From contig JBGALV010000005.1 in NCBI GenBank assembly GCA_044223515.1, positions 15,689 to 79,688 of the forward strand: a DNA stretch of 64,000 nucleotides, written 5' to 3'. Under the pieces are notes generated by a model. The model saw only the letters and a program-made list of their open reading frames with translations, was not told the DNA's origin and made no database searches. This stretch comes from Alphaproteobacteria bacterium (lineage in GTDB: Bacteria; Pseudomonadota; Alphaproteobacteria; SHVZ01). This document shows positions 20,091 to 28,989 of this stretch, in pieces. The position numbers and the translations under genes are program-made. Within the stretch, counting starts at the first letter, position 1; each line of letters starts with the position of its first letter.

Positions 20091-20160
20091 CTCCACCCTT
20101 CGGTGGATGGAATTCCGCCCCGCACGAGGCGAGAATTCATTGCCTGGAGAATTTCCAGGT

Positions 20161-20240
20161 ACCTAAATCGTGTAAAATCAATCTTTTGAAGACATTTTGT
20201 TAAATTACTTTATTATCTCCATTAGGGGTTTCTTAACGCC
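20161..20240 (+). promoter_or_regulatory. AT-rich tract with sigma70-like hexamers upstream of the 203-aa ORF
   Basis: Positions 20161-20220 contain 15 G+C of 60 nt. TTGAAG (20186-20191) is followed by CTTTAT or TATTAT at 16 or 19 nt. AAGGAGG lies 7 nt before ATG 20293. Confidence 0.3.
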
Positions 20241-20292
20241 AGTGGAATGACACTGGGCCTACAGATGGATTGAGCCTCAAGGAGGCACGGTC

Positions 20293-20904
20293 ATGTTCGG
20301 TTCGAAATCCAACCCTGCTGACGACAAGAAGCAGAAGGAAGCAGAGGCAGAGGCCCGCAAGGTCGAGGCGATCAAGGTCTCGATCGTCCAGGCCGTCGAG
20401 GGCATGCGCGCCTTCGCGCTGGCGCCATCGCCGGACAAGTGCGAGGCAGCCGCCAAGCGCATCACCGAGATGCTGAAGAACCCGAAGGCGCCCAAGGACT
20501 TCGTCAAGCTGATGCGGGACCGTTCCGACGACCTGCTCAAGAGCTGCTTCATGAAGGCGGCGAGCGACGCCTCTGCCGGCGCGCTGAATGCCGCCCACCA
20601 TGACGACAAGGAACTGCGGGCCAAGAAGATCAGCGAGGCGAGGACGTTCCTCTCCCGCGCGATCCAGCTGAAGGCGCCGCCCGAATTCAAGATGGCGTGC
20701 AACCGCGCGCTCGAGGCTGCCTCGATGACCGGCTTCGTCCATCACGAAGGTCCGACCAAGGCGAAGCCCGCCGACTTCGCGCCGAAGCCGATGGACCGCG
20801 CCCATGGCAACGCGCCGATGAAGTTCGAGGAGCGGCGGGCGGCAACCCCGCTCGTCGGACCGGCCAAGGCCGGTGCGCGCCTGACGACGGCCGCCCACCG
20901 CTAG
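20293..20904 (+). CDS. Hypothetical protein (203 aa; Lys/Ala/Glu-rich helical N-terminal half, Pro/Ala/Lys-rich tail)
   Basis: Strong SD (AAGGAGG) and genome-typical GC3-rich codons. I recognise no domain. Confidence 0.65.
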   Translation: MFGSKSNPADDKKQKEAEAEARKVEAIKVSIVQAVEGMRAFALAPSPDKCEAAAKRITEMLKNPKAPKDFVKLMRDRSDDLLKSCFMKAASDASAGALNAAHHDDKELRAKKISEARTFLSRAIQLKAPPEFKMACNRALEAASMTGFVHHEGPTKAKPADFAPKPMDRAHGNAPMKFEERRAATPLVGPAKAGARLTTAAHR

Positions 20905-21251
20905 CTTTCGATGAGCGCCGCCAGCTTCCTCGGTGCCGTCATCGCGTAGCTGCGGCGGACCAGCAGCTCGACCTCTTTCCAGTCCGGCTTCCCATCGAGA
21001 CGCATGCCGACCCAACCCTTGTGCCCGACATAAGGCGGCACGAAGAACCGTTCGCCGTCGGCACCGACGAGGACCTGCTGGCTTCCCTTCGGGGCCTTGA
21101 ACCAGATCGACGGCCACCCGTCGCGATCCACCGCCATGACGAAGATCTTGCCGCGGACCCGGAAAGTTGGGAGTTCCCACGTCTCGCGCTCCTCCGCTTC
21201 GGGAAGGGCGAGGCAGATCTTGCGCAGGCGGTCCGTCGTTCTCTTGGACAT
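20901..21251 (-). CDS. MmcQ/YjbR family DNA-binding protein
   Basis: RLRKICLALPEAEERETWELPTFRVRGKIFVM...PPYVGHKGWVGMRL matches the YjbR/CyaY-like fold family pattern. Length is 116 aa. Confidence 0.8.
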   Translation of the reverse strand: MSKRTTDRLRKICLALPEAEERETWELPTFRVRGKIFVMAVDRDGWPSIWFKAPKGSQQVLVGADGERFFVPPYVGHKGWVGMRLDGKPDWKEVELLVRRSYAMTAPRKLAALIES

Positions 21252-21324
21252 AGGCTCAGTCTATCGATGCTGCAGTGCACTTCGATTGACTTTCGATTCT
21301 CCTCCCCGCAGGTTGCTCTCGTCC

Positions 21325-21505
21325 GTCGATCCCCCGGGGAGAGACCGGCTCTTGCAGCCGGCGCCGAAGGAGCAACCGCCCCGGAAACTCTCAGGCACCC
21401 AGGACCCGGGGGAGAGGACGCTCTGGAGAGCAGGCGCGCACGCGCCTCACCGACGAGGTAAGCCCGGTCATCGGGTGAATCTTTCAGGTCTCATGACAGA
21501 GGGGG
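21325..21505 (+). promoter_or_regulatory. Tandem glycine riboswitch (two aptamers) upstream of gcvT
   Basis: Aptamer 1: GGGGAGAG...CGCCGAAGGAGCAA...CTCTCAGGCACCCAGGAC. Aptamer 2: CTCTGGAGAG...CACCGACGAGGTAA...CTTTCAGGTCTCATGACAGAG. Both match the conserved GGAGAG / CACCGAAGGGGCAA / CTCAGGCAAAAGGAC cores. A small hairpin AGCGC-TTTTA-GCGCT follows. The location upstream of gcvT is canonical. Confidence 0.85.
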
Positions 21506-21557
21506 CGGCTCAGCGCTTTTAGCGCTCGGGTCGCCGCAACCCTGTCGGAGATCCGAA

Positions 21558-22664
21558 GTGGCCGATCCAGGCACGCTCAAAGTCACGCCGCTCAACGCGC
21601 TCCACCGCTCGCTCGGCGCCAAGATGGTGCCGTTCGCGGGATACGACATGCCCGTCCAGTACCCGATGGGCATCATGAACGAGCACCTGCACACGCGCGC
21701 GCAGGCAGGGCTCTTCGACGTCAGCCACATGGGCCAGGTGCGCATCACGGGCAAGGACGCGGCGAAGCAGTTCGAGACGCTGGTACCCGGCGACTATCAG
21801 GCCCTCGGCCTCGGCCGCACCAAGTACTCGCTTCTGCTCGACGACAAGGCCGGCATCCTCGACGACCTGATGGCGACCAACCGCGGCGACCACCTGTTCG
21901 TCGTGGTCAACGCCTCCAACAAGGACGCCGACGTCGCGCGCCTGCGCGAGCGCCTGAAGGGCGTCGGCATCGAGTACCTGGAAGACCGTGCGCTGATGGC
22001 GCTCCAGGGCCCCGCCGCGAAGAAGGTCATGGCGAAGCTCTCGCCGGGCTCGACCGACATGGTCTTCCTCTCCATCCGCGATCTCAAGATCGCCGGCATC
22101 GACGTCCTGGCGACGCGTTCGGGCTACACCGGCGAGGACGGCTGGGAGATCTCGGTCGCGGCGAGGGACGCCGAGGCGCTGGCGAAGGCGCTGCTGGCGG
22201 AGCCGGAAGTGAAGCCGATCGGTCTCGGCGCCCGCGACTCCCTTCGCCTCGAAGCCGGGCTCTGCCTGCACGGCAACGACATCGGCCCGGACACGACGCC
22301 GATAGAAGCCGACCTCGCCTGGGCGGTCTCCAAGCGCCGGCGGGAAGAAGGCGGATTCCCCGGCCACGCGATCGTCATGAAGCAGCTGAAGGACGGTGTC
22401 GCCCGCAAGCGCGTCGGCATCAAGCCGGAAGACAAGGCACCGGCGCGCGGCCATACGCCGATCGCGGACATGAACGGCGCCACCATCGGCGAGATCACGT
22501 CCGGCGGATTCGGCCCCTCGGTCGGCGGTCCCGTCGCGATGGGCTACGTCGCCACGTCCCATGCGCAGGTCGGCACGCCGATCCAGACCATCGTTCGCGG
22601 CACGCCCAGGCCTGCCAAGGTCGCGAAGCTGCCCTTCGTCCAACCAAACTATCATCGGGGATGA
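21558..22664 (+). CDS. gcvT: Glycine cleavage system aminomethyltransferase (T protein)
   Basis: GTG start; [29 protein letters not shown] and [16 protein letters not shown]. Confidence 0.95.
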   Translation: MADPGTLKVTPLNALHRSLGAKMVPFAGYDMPVQYPMGIMNEHLHTRAQAGLFDVSHMGQVRITGKDAAKQFETLVPGDYQALGLGRTKYSLLLDDKAGILDDLMATNRGDHLFVVVNASNKDADVARLRERLKGVGIEYLEDRALMALQGPAAKKVMAKLSPGSTDMVFLSIRDLKIAGIDVLATRSGYTGEDGWEISVAARDAEALAKALLAEPEVKPIGLGARDSLRLEAGLCLHGNDIGPDTTPIEADLAWAVSKRRREEGGFPGHAIVMKQLKDGVARKRVGIKPEDKAPARGHTPIADMNGATIGEITSGGFGPSVGGPVAMGYVATSHAQVGTPIQTIVRGTPRPAKVAKLPFVQPNYHRG

Positions 22665-23038
22665 GCGCCATGCGGTTCAGCAAGGATCATGAGTGGGTCA
22701 AGGTCGAGGGCGGCGTCGCCACCGTCGGCATCACGTCTTACGCGCAGGAGCAGCTGGGCGACGTCGTGTTCGTCGAGCTGCCGGCCGTCGGCAAGAAGGT
22801 GAAGGCCGGCGACGAGGCGGCCGTCGTCGAATCCGTGAAGGCGGCGAGCGAGGTCTACGCACCGGTCTCCGGCGAGGTGACCGAGGTCAACGCCGCGCTC
22901 GGCGACACGCCGGCGCTCGTGAACGAGGACGCCGAGGGCAAGGGCTGGCTCATGAAGATCAGGCTCGCCGACCCCAAGGAGGTCGACGCGCTGATGGACG
23001 CGGCCGCCTACAAGACCTTCATCGAGGGCCTGCACTGA
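22661..23038 (+). CDS. gcvH: Glycine cleavage system H protein
   Basis: [35 protein letters not shown] and the lipoyl-lysine motif [11 protein letters not shown] 22661 overlaps the gcvT stop; ATG 22670 is an alternative. Confidence 0.95.
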   Translation: MSAMRFSKDHEWVKVEGGVATVGITSYAQEQLGDVVFVELPAVGKKVKAGDEAAVVESVKAASEVYAPVSGEVTEVNAALGDTPALVNEDAEGKGWLMKIRLADPKEVDALMDAAAYKTFIEGLH

Positions 23039-24384
23039 TGCGCTACCTGCCGCTGACGCCGGACGACCGGCGCGAGATGCTGGGCGCGATCGGCGCCGGC
23101 TCGGTCCGCGACCTGTTCAAGGACGTGCCGGCGAAGGTCTGGCAGTCGAAGCCGGTCGACCTTCCCCTGCACCAGGGCGAGCTCGAGGTCGAGCGCGCGC
23201 TCTCCGCGATGGCGGCGAAGAACATCCCGTCGGGATCGGTCCCGAGTTTCCTCGGCGCCGGCGCCTATCGCCATCACGTTCCGAGCTCGGTGGATCATCT
23301 GATCCAGCGCGGCGAGTTCCTGACCGCCTATACGCCCTACCAGCCCGAGATCGCGCAGGGCACGCTGCAGATGCTGTTCGAGTTCCAGACGCAGGTGGCG
23401 CTGGTGACCGGCATGGATGTGGCGAATGCCTCCATGTACGACGGCTCAACCGCCGCCGCCGAGGCGGTGATGATGGCCGGGCGCGTCACGCGTCGCGGTC
23501 GCGCGGTGCTCTCCGGCGGCCTGCATCCGATGTACCGCTCGATCATCGAGACCCACGGCAAGTACGGCGGCTTCAAGGTCGACTCCATGCCGGCCGATCC
23601 GGAAGGCAAGGAAGACGCCGCGGCGAAGCTCGGCGACGACGTCTCCTGCGTCGTCGTGCAGTACCCGTCGGTATTCGGCCAGATCAAGGACCTGAAGCCG
23701 CTGGCCGACGCCTGCCACGCCAAGGGCGCGCTGCTGGTGGTCGTCACCACCGAGATCGTGTCGCTCGGCGCGCTTGAGTCGCCCGGTGCCATGGGCGCGG
23801 ACATCGTCGCGGCCGAGGGACAGTCGATCGGCAACGGACTCAGCTACGGCGGTCCTTATGTCGGTCTCTTCGCCACGCGCGAGAAATACGTCCGCCAGAT
23901 GCCGGGTCGTCTTTCCGGCCAGACTGTCGACGCCGACGGCCGCCGCGGCTGGGTGCTGACCCTCTCGACGCGCGAGCAGCACATCCGCCGCGAGAAGGCG
24001 ACATCTAATATCTGCACCAATGCCGGCCTCTGCGCGCTCGCCTTCTGCATCCATATGACATTGCTGGGCGAGGTCGGGTTGAAGCAGCTCGCGGCGATCA
24101 ACCACACGAAGGCGGTGCAGCTGGTCGACAAGCTCGCCGGCGTTCCCGGCGTGTCGGTGCTCAACCAGTCCTTCTTCAACGAGTTCACGGTAAAGCTGCC
24201 GAAGCCGGCGGCCGGCGTCGTCGATCGCCTCGCGGCGAAGCGCATCCTCGCCGGCGTGCCGATGTCGCGGCTGCTGCCGGGCGACGCGTCCGTCGCGAAC
24301 CTGCTGCTGGTCGCGGCCACCGAGATCAACACCGATCAGGACATGGACGCGCTTGGTGACGCGCTCCGGGAGGACCTCCGATGA
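23038..24384 (+). CDS. gcvPA: Glycine dehydrogenase (aminomethyl-transferring) subunit 1
   Basis: [19 protein letters not shown] and [16 protein letters not shown]. The start overlaps the gcvH stop by 1 nt (TGATG). This is the split P-protein arrangement. Confidence 0.95.
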   Translation: MRYLPLTPDDRREMLGAIGAGSVRDLFKDVPAKVWQSKPVDLPLHQGELEVERALSAMAAKNIPSGSVPSFLGAGAYRHHVPSSVDHLIQRGEFLTAYTPYQPEIAQGTLQMLFEFQTQVALVTGMDVANASMYDGSTAAAEAVMMAGRVTRRGRAVLSGGLHPMYRSIIETHGKYGGFKVDSMPADPEGKEDAAAKLGDDVSCVVVQYPSVFGQIKDLKPLADACHAKGALLVVVTTEIVSLGALESPGAMGADIVAAEGQSIGNGLSYGGPYVGLFATREKYVRQMPGRLSGQTVDADGRRGWVLTLSTREQHIRREKATSNICTNAGLCALAFCIHMTLLGEVGLKQLAAINHTKAVQLVDKLAGVPGVSVLNQSFFNEFTVKLPKPAAGVVDRLAAKRILAGVPMSRLLPGDASVANLLLVAATEINTDQDMDALGDALREDLR

Positions 24385-25934
24385 GCGACTGGAGCAAGGC
24401 CGTCAGCGCCGGCTTCAAGGCGGACGGCGCGGGACCGACCGGCAGCCGCGGACTGCAGATGGAGGAGGCGCTCACCTTCGAGCAGGACGCGCCCAGCCGA
24501 ACCGGCGTCGACCTGCCGGCACCGGCGAAGGTGAAGGACCGCCTCGGCGGCCTCGCGCGCAAGGGCGACATCGGTTTGCCGGGACTCTCGGAGCCGCAGG
24601 TGGTGCGCCACTTCACGCGGCTCTCGCAGAAGAACTACGCGATCGATGCCGGGCTCTATCCGCTGGGCTCGTGCACGATGAAGCACAATCCCAGGCTCAA
24701 CGAGAAGATGGCGCGGCTGCCGGGATTCGGCGATCTGCATCCGCTGGCGCCGGAGTCCGCCGTGCAGGGCGCGCTCGAGCTGCTCGACACCCTGGCGCTC
24801 TGGCTGAAGACGCTGACCAACATGCCGGCGGTGGCGCTGTCGCCGGCTGCCGGCGCCCATGGCGAGCTCTGCGGCATGCTCTGCATCAAGGCGGCGCTGG
24901 AGGCCAAGGGCGAGAACCGCAACCGCGTGCTCGTTCCGGAATCCGCGCACGGCACCAACCCGGCGACGGCGGCCTCGATCGGCTTCACCGTCGAGGCGGT
25001 GCCGGCCAAGGCCGACGGCAAGGTCGACGTCGAGGCCTTCAAGGCGAAGCTCGGTCCTGACGTCGCCGCGATCATGATCACCAACCCGAATACCTGCGGG
25101 CTGTTCGAGACGGAGATCTCGGCGCTGGCCGACGCCGTGCATGCGGTCGGCGGCTTCCTCTATTGCGACGGCGCCAACTTCAACGCGATCGTCGGCCGTG
25201 TGCGGCCGGGCGATCTCGGCGTCGACGCCATGCATATCAACCTGCACAAGACCTTCTCGACTCCGCATGGCGGCGGTGGTCCGGGCTCGGGTCCGGTGGT
25301 GTTGTCGAAGGCGCTGGCGCCCTTCGCGCCCGTGCCCTTCGTCGTGCATGGCAAGGACGGCTTCAGGCTGGTCGAAACCAGGCCTGCGTCAGGTGAAGGC
25401 TCGCAGGCGCTCGGCCGCCTCAAGGCCTTCCACGGCCAGATGGGTATGTTCGTCCGTGCCGTCGCCTACATGATGAGCCACGGCTCGGACGGCCTGGCGC
25501 AGGTGGCTGAGGATGCGGTCCTCAACGCCAACTACGTGCTGGCCCGCTGCAAGGACGTGATGACGCCGGCTTTCCCCGGCTACTGCATGCACGAGGCGCT
25601 GTTCGATGATCGTTTCCTGAAGGATACCGGCGTCACCACGCTCGACTTCGCCAAGGCGCTGATCGATGCCGGCTATCATCCGATGACGGTCTACTTCCCG
25701 TTGATCGTCCACGGCGCGATGCTGATCGAGCCGACCGAGACCGAAAGCAAGGACGCGCTCGACGCCTTCATCGCGACGCTCAGGGCCTTGGCCGAGAAGT
25801 CGAAGGTCGACGCCCAGTCCTTCGCCGACGCCCCGAAGCTGACCCCGCGACGCCGCCTGGATGAGACCGGCGCGGCCCGGAAGCCGATCCTCCGCTGGCG
25901 GCCGGAACCGGTGACGAGCCAGGCGGCCGACTGA
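24381..25934 (+). CDS. gcvPB: Glycine dehydrogenase (aminomethyl-transferring) subunit 2
   Basis: PLP-lysine region [16 protein letters not shown]. The start overlaps the gcvPA stop (ATGA). Confidence 0.95.
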   Translation: MSDWSKAVSAGFKADGAGPTGSRGLQMEEALTFEQDAPSRTGVDLPAPAKVKDRLGGLARKGDIGLPGLSEPQVVRHFTRLSQKNYAIDAGLYPLGSCTMKHNPRLNEKMARLPGFGDLHPLAPESAVQGALELLDTLALWLKTLTNMPAVALSPAAGAHGELCGMLCIKAALEAKGENRNRVLVPESAHGTNPATAASIGFTVEAVPAKADGKVDVEAFKAKLGPDVAAIMITNPNTCGLFETEISALADAVHAVGGFLYCDGANFNAIVGRVRPGDLGVDAMHINLHKTFSTPHGGGGPGSGPVVLSKALAPFAPVPFVVHGKDGFRLVETRPASGEGSQALGRLKAFHGQMGMFVRAVAYMMSHGSDGLAQVAEDAVLNANYVLARCKDVMTPAFPGYCMHEALFDDRFLKDTGVTTLDFAKALIDAGYHPMTVYFPLIVHGAMLIEPTETESKDALDAFIATLRALAEKSKVDAQSFADAPKLTPRRRLDETGAARKPILRWRPEPVTSQAAD

Positions 25935-25961
25935 AAGCAGACCGACGTTCCTCCTCCCTGA

Positions 25962-25992
25962 CCCTCCCCCTCCTGGGGAGGGTTTTTCTTTT
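25962..25992 (+). terminator. Rho-independent terminator of the gcv operon
   Basis: CCCTCCCC-CTCCT-GGGGAGGG forms a perfect 8-bp stem and is followed by TTTTTCTTTT. Confidence 0.8.
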
Positions 25993-26067
25993 GGGAAAGG
26001 CTCGTCCCCCGCCATTGTGGCCGTGGGCAATCTCTGTCACATAACTGTCAAATACCGAGGAGGGCGC

Positions 26068-27897
26068 ATGGCGACGGTCAGGCTGACGATGGCGGAGGCG
26101 CTGGTGCGCTTCCTGATCGCACAGTCAGTCGAGGTCGGCGGCAAGAAGCAACCGATGTTCGGCGGCGTCTTCGCGATCTTCGGCCACGGCAACGTCGCAG
26201 GCCTCGGCCATGCGCTGGAGGCCGAGAAGAAGCGCCTGCCGACCTTAAGGGCGCATAACGAGCAGGCGATGGCGCTGGCCGCGGTCGCCTATGCCAAGAC
26301 GCACGCGCGCCGCCGGATGATGGCCTGCACCACCTCGATCGGCCCCGGCGCCACCAACATGCTGACCGCGGCCGCCGTGGCGCATGTGAACCGCCTGCCG
26401 GTGCTGCTGCTTCCCGGCGATATCTTCGTCAGCCGCCGGCCCGATCCGGTGCTGCAGCAGGTCGAGGACTTCTCCGACCTCACCGTCTCGGCGAATGATT
26501 GCTTCCGCCCGGTCTCGCGCCTGTTCGACCGCATCGTCCGGCCAGAGCAGATCCTGGTGGCTCTGCCGCAGGCGATGCGCGTGCTGACGGACCCGGCCGA
26601 ATGCGGGCCGGTGACGCTGGCGCTGCCGCAGGACGTGCAGACCGAAAGCTTCGACTATCCGGTCGAATTCTTCCGTCCGCGCGCATGGCGCGTGCGCGCC
26701 GCCGAACCGGACGCGGAGGAACTGACCGAGGTCGCCGCGGCGATCGCCAGGTCGAAGCGCCCGATGATCCTCGCCGGCGGCGGCGTGAAGTACGCGCTGG
26801 CCGAGAAGGCGCTGGCTCGCTTCGCCGAGGCGCATGGCGTGCCGGTGACCGAGACCCAGGCCGGCAAGGGCAGCCTCGCCTACGACCATCCGCTCAATGC
26901 CGGTGCCATCGGCGTCACCGGCACCGAGGCCGCGAACGGCCTCGCCCGCGACGCGGACCTCGTGATCGCGGTCGGTTCCCGCCTCGCCGATTTCCCGACC
27001 GGCAGCCGTGCGCTGTTCCCGCAGGCCGAACTCGTCCAGCTCAATGTCGGCGCCTTCGATGCGGCGAAGCATGCCGCCTTGCCACTCGTCGCCGATGCCG
27101 GAAAGGGTCTTGCCGCGCTCGACCGTGCGCTCAAGTCCTGGAGCGCGTCGTCGGCCTGGACGGCGCGTGCCCGGAAGCTCTCGAAGCAATGGCTCAAGAC
27201 GACTGAAACGGCGACGGCACCCCGCAAAGGCAAGGCCAGCGACGCCGAGGTGCTGGGCGCGGTCGACCGTGCCGCGAAGCGCAAGAAGAGCATCGTCGTC
27301 TGCGCCGCCGGCGGCCTGCCGGGCGAGCTGCACAAGCTCTGGCGCGCGGCGGACTCGACCGAGTATCACCTCGAATACGGCTATTCCTGCATGGGCTACG
27401 AGATCGCCGGCGGTCTCGGTGCCAAGCTGGCGAAACCCGAGCGCGAGGTCTTCGTCATGGTCGGCGACGGCAGCTACCTGATGATGAACTCCGAGATCGC
27501 GACCTCGGTGCAGCTCGGCGCCAAGCTCACGATCGTGGTGCTCGACAACAAGGGCTTCGGCTGCATCGCGCGCCTGCAGAAGGCGACCGGTGGTGCCCCT
27601 TACAACAACCTGTTCCCGGCATCGGCGCCGTGGGTCGATTTCGCCGCGCATGCGCGCGCGCTCGGCGCGGACGCGGTCAAGGTACGCTCGGTCGCCGAAC
27701 TCGAGTTCGCGCTCGACGCGGCGGCATCGAAGAAGAAGACGCAGGTGATCGTGATCGACACGGATCCCTGGAAGACCACGGCCGAGGGCGGCGCCTGGTG
27801 GGACGTCGCCGTCCACGACGCGCCGCGCGACACGACCCGCAAGAGCGTCCTGAAGAACTACGTGAAGGCGCGGAAGCGCCAGAAGTTGGGAGCCTAA
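26068..27897 (+). CDS. iolD: 3D-(3,5/4)-trihydroxycyclohexane-1,2-dione acylhydrolase (ThDP-dependent, IolD)
   Basis: VRLTMAEALVRFLIAQ...FGGVFAIFGHGNVAGLGHALE and PGDIFVSRRPDPVLQQVE...CFRPVSRLFDRIVRPEQ closely parallel B. subtilis IolD rather than acetolactate synthase. SD is GAGGAGGG. Confidence 0.9.
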   Translation: MATVRLTMAEALVRFLIAQSVEVGGKKQPMFGGVFAIFGHGNVAGLGHALEAEKKRLPTLRAHNEQAMALAAVAYAKTHARRRMMACTTSIGPGATNMLTAAAVAHVNRLPVLLLPGDIFVSRRPDPVLQQVEDFSDLTVSANDCFRPVSRLFDRIVRPEQILVALPQAMRVLTDPAECGPVTLALPQDVQTESFDYPVEFFRPRAWRVRAAEPDAEELTEVAAAIARSKRPMILAGGGVKYALAEKALARFAEAHGVPVTETQAGKGSLAYDHPLNAGAIGVTGTEAANGLARDADLVIAVGSRLADFPTGSRALFPQAELVQLNVGAFDAAKHAALPLVADAGKGLAALDRALKSWSASSAWTARARKLSKQWLKTTETATAPRKGKASDAEVLGAVDRAAKRKKSIVVCAAGGLPGELHKLWRAADSTEYHLEYGYSCMGYEIAGGLGAKLAKPEREVFVMVGDGSYLMMNSEIATSVQLGAKLTIVVLDNKGFGCIARLQKATGGAPYNNLFPASAPWVDFAAHARALGADAVKVRSVAELEFALDAAASKKKTQVIVIDTDPWKTTAEGGAWWDVAVHDAPRDTTRKSVLKNYVKARKRQKLGA

Positions 27898-27908
27898 GAG
27901 GAAGCATC

Positions 27909-28793
27909 ATGGCAAGGATCGGCATCAACCCGCTCACCTGGACCAACGACGACATGCCCGAGCTGGGCGCGGAGACGCCGCTCGAGACGTGTCTGACCGA
28001 GGCGAAGCAGGCGGGCTACGACGGCATGGAGCTCGGCAACAAGTTCCCGCGCGATCCCGACGTGCTGAAGCCGATCCTCGCCAAGCACGGACTCGGCTTG
28101 GCCTCGGGCTGGTACTCGGCGAAGCTGCTCGAGCGCTCGGCCAAGGACGAGATCGCTGCCGTGCAGGGGCACCTCAAGCTGCTGAAGGCGCTGAAGGCGC
28201 CGGCGATGGTGTTCGCCGAGGTGACCGGTTGCGTTCATGGCGACCGCAAGCGCCCGGTGACACAGCGCCCGAAGCTGACCGAGGACCAGTGGAAGACGCT
28301 GACCTCGCGCATGACCGAGGTCGGCAAGTACCTCGCCGGCGAAGGCTGCCCGATCGCCTATCACCATCACATGGGCACGGTGATCGAGACCGAGGCCGAG
28401 ATCGACCGGCTGGTCGCCGAGACCGGCAAGGAGGTCGGCCTGCTGCTCGACACCGGGCACCTCACATATGCCGGCGGCGACGCGATCGCGGTCGCCAAGC
28501 GCCATGCCGCCCGCATCAATCACGTCCATTGCAAGGACATCCGCCCGGCGGTGCTTAAGCAGTCGAAGGCGAACGATTCCAGCTTCCTCGACTCCGTGCT
28601 TGCCGGCGTGTTCACGGTGCCGGGTGACGGCTCGATCGACTATCCGGCCGTGCTCAAGGAGTTGAAGCCGGCGAACTATTCCGGCTGGTTCGTGGTCGAG
28701 GCGGAGCAGGATCCGGCCAAGGCCCATCCGCTCACCTACGCGAAGAAGGGCCACGATTATCTACGCCCGCTGACGAAGGCGCTGGGCTTCTAG
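27909..28793 (+). CDS. iolE: Myo-inosose-2 dehydratase (IolE, xylose-isomerase-like TIM barrel)
   Basis: RIGINPLTWTNDDMPELGAETPLETCL...AGYDGMELG parallels the IolE N-terminus. It starts 11 nt after iolD. Confidence 0.9.
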   Translation: MARIGINPLTWTNDDMPELGAETPLETCLTEAKQAGYDGMELGNKFPRDPDVLKPILAKHGLGLASGWYSAKLLERSAKDEIAAVQGHLKLLKALKAPAMVFAEVTGCVHGDRKRPVTQRPKLTEDQWKTLTSRMTEVGKYLAGEGCPIAYHHHMGTVIETEAEIDRLVAETGKEVGLLLDTGHLTYAGGDAIAVAKRHAARINHVHCKDIRPAVLKQSKANDSSFLDSVLAGVFTVPGDGSIDYPAVLKELKPANYSGWFVVEAEQDPAKAHPLTYAKKGHDYLRPLTKALGF

Positions 28794-28802
28794 CCTCGTC
28801 GG

Positions 28803-28831
28803 GCCCCTCTACCGCCTCGCGGGATAGGGGC
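28803..28831 (+). terminator. Imperfect stem-loop after iolE (terminator-like)
   Basis: GCCCCTCTACCGC-CTC-GCGGGATAGGGGC has 11 of 13 positions paired and no U tract. Confidence 0.3.
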
Positions 28832-28989
28832 AGCGACGACAAGGCTACGGACCGGTAGTGCGCGCGCGGCCCAGCCTCGCTTTTTGATGGAAAGACCGCG
28901 GTTGTCGTGTTCGCGCTGTCCATGGGCGGCGGGCGTGCTAGCGTTTTGCGTACTTAGTGATCCCTCACCACTCGCAGAGCGGGGCCGCC

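Noticed and set aside
26068-27897. A possible acetolactate synthase large subunit (ThDP enzyme).
   Set aside because: The N-terminal and central motif strings follow IolD rather than IlvB/IlvI. The gene is followed by iolE, and no small-subunit ilvN/ilvH is present.
28860-28900. A possible second intrinsic terminator or sRNA 3' end at the T-run (CTCGCTTTTTG) in the iolE-SBP intergenic region.
   Set aside because: The only stem I can draw is short and bulged (AGCGA / AGGCT pairing with AGCC / TCGCT across a 26-nt loop), which is too weak to call.
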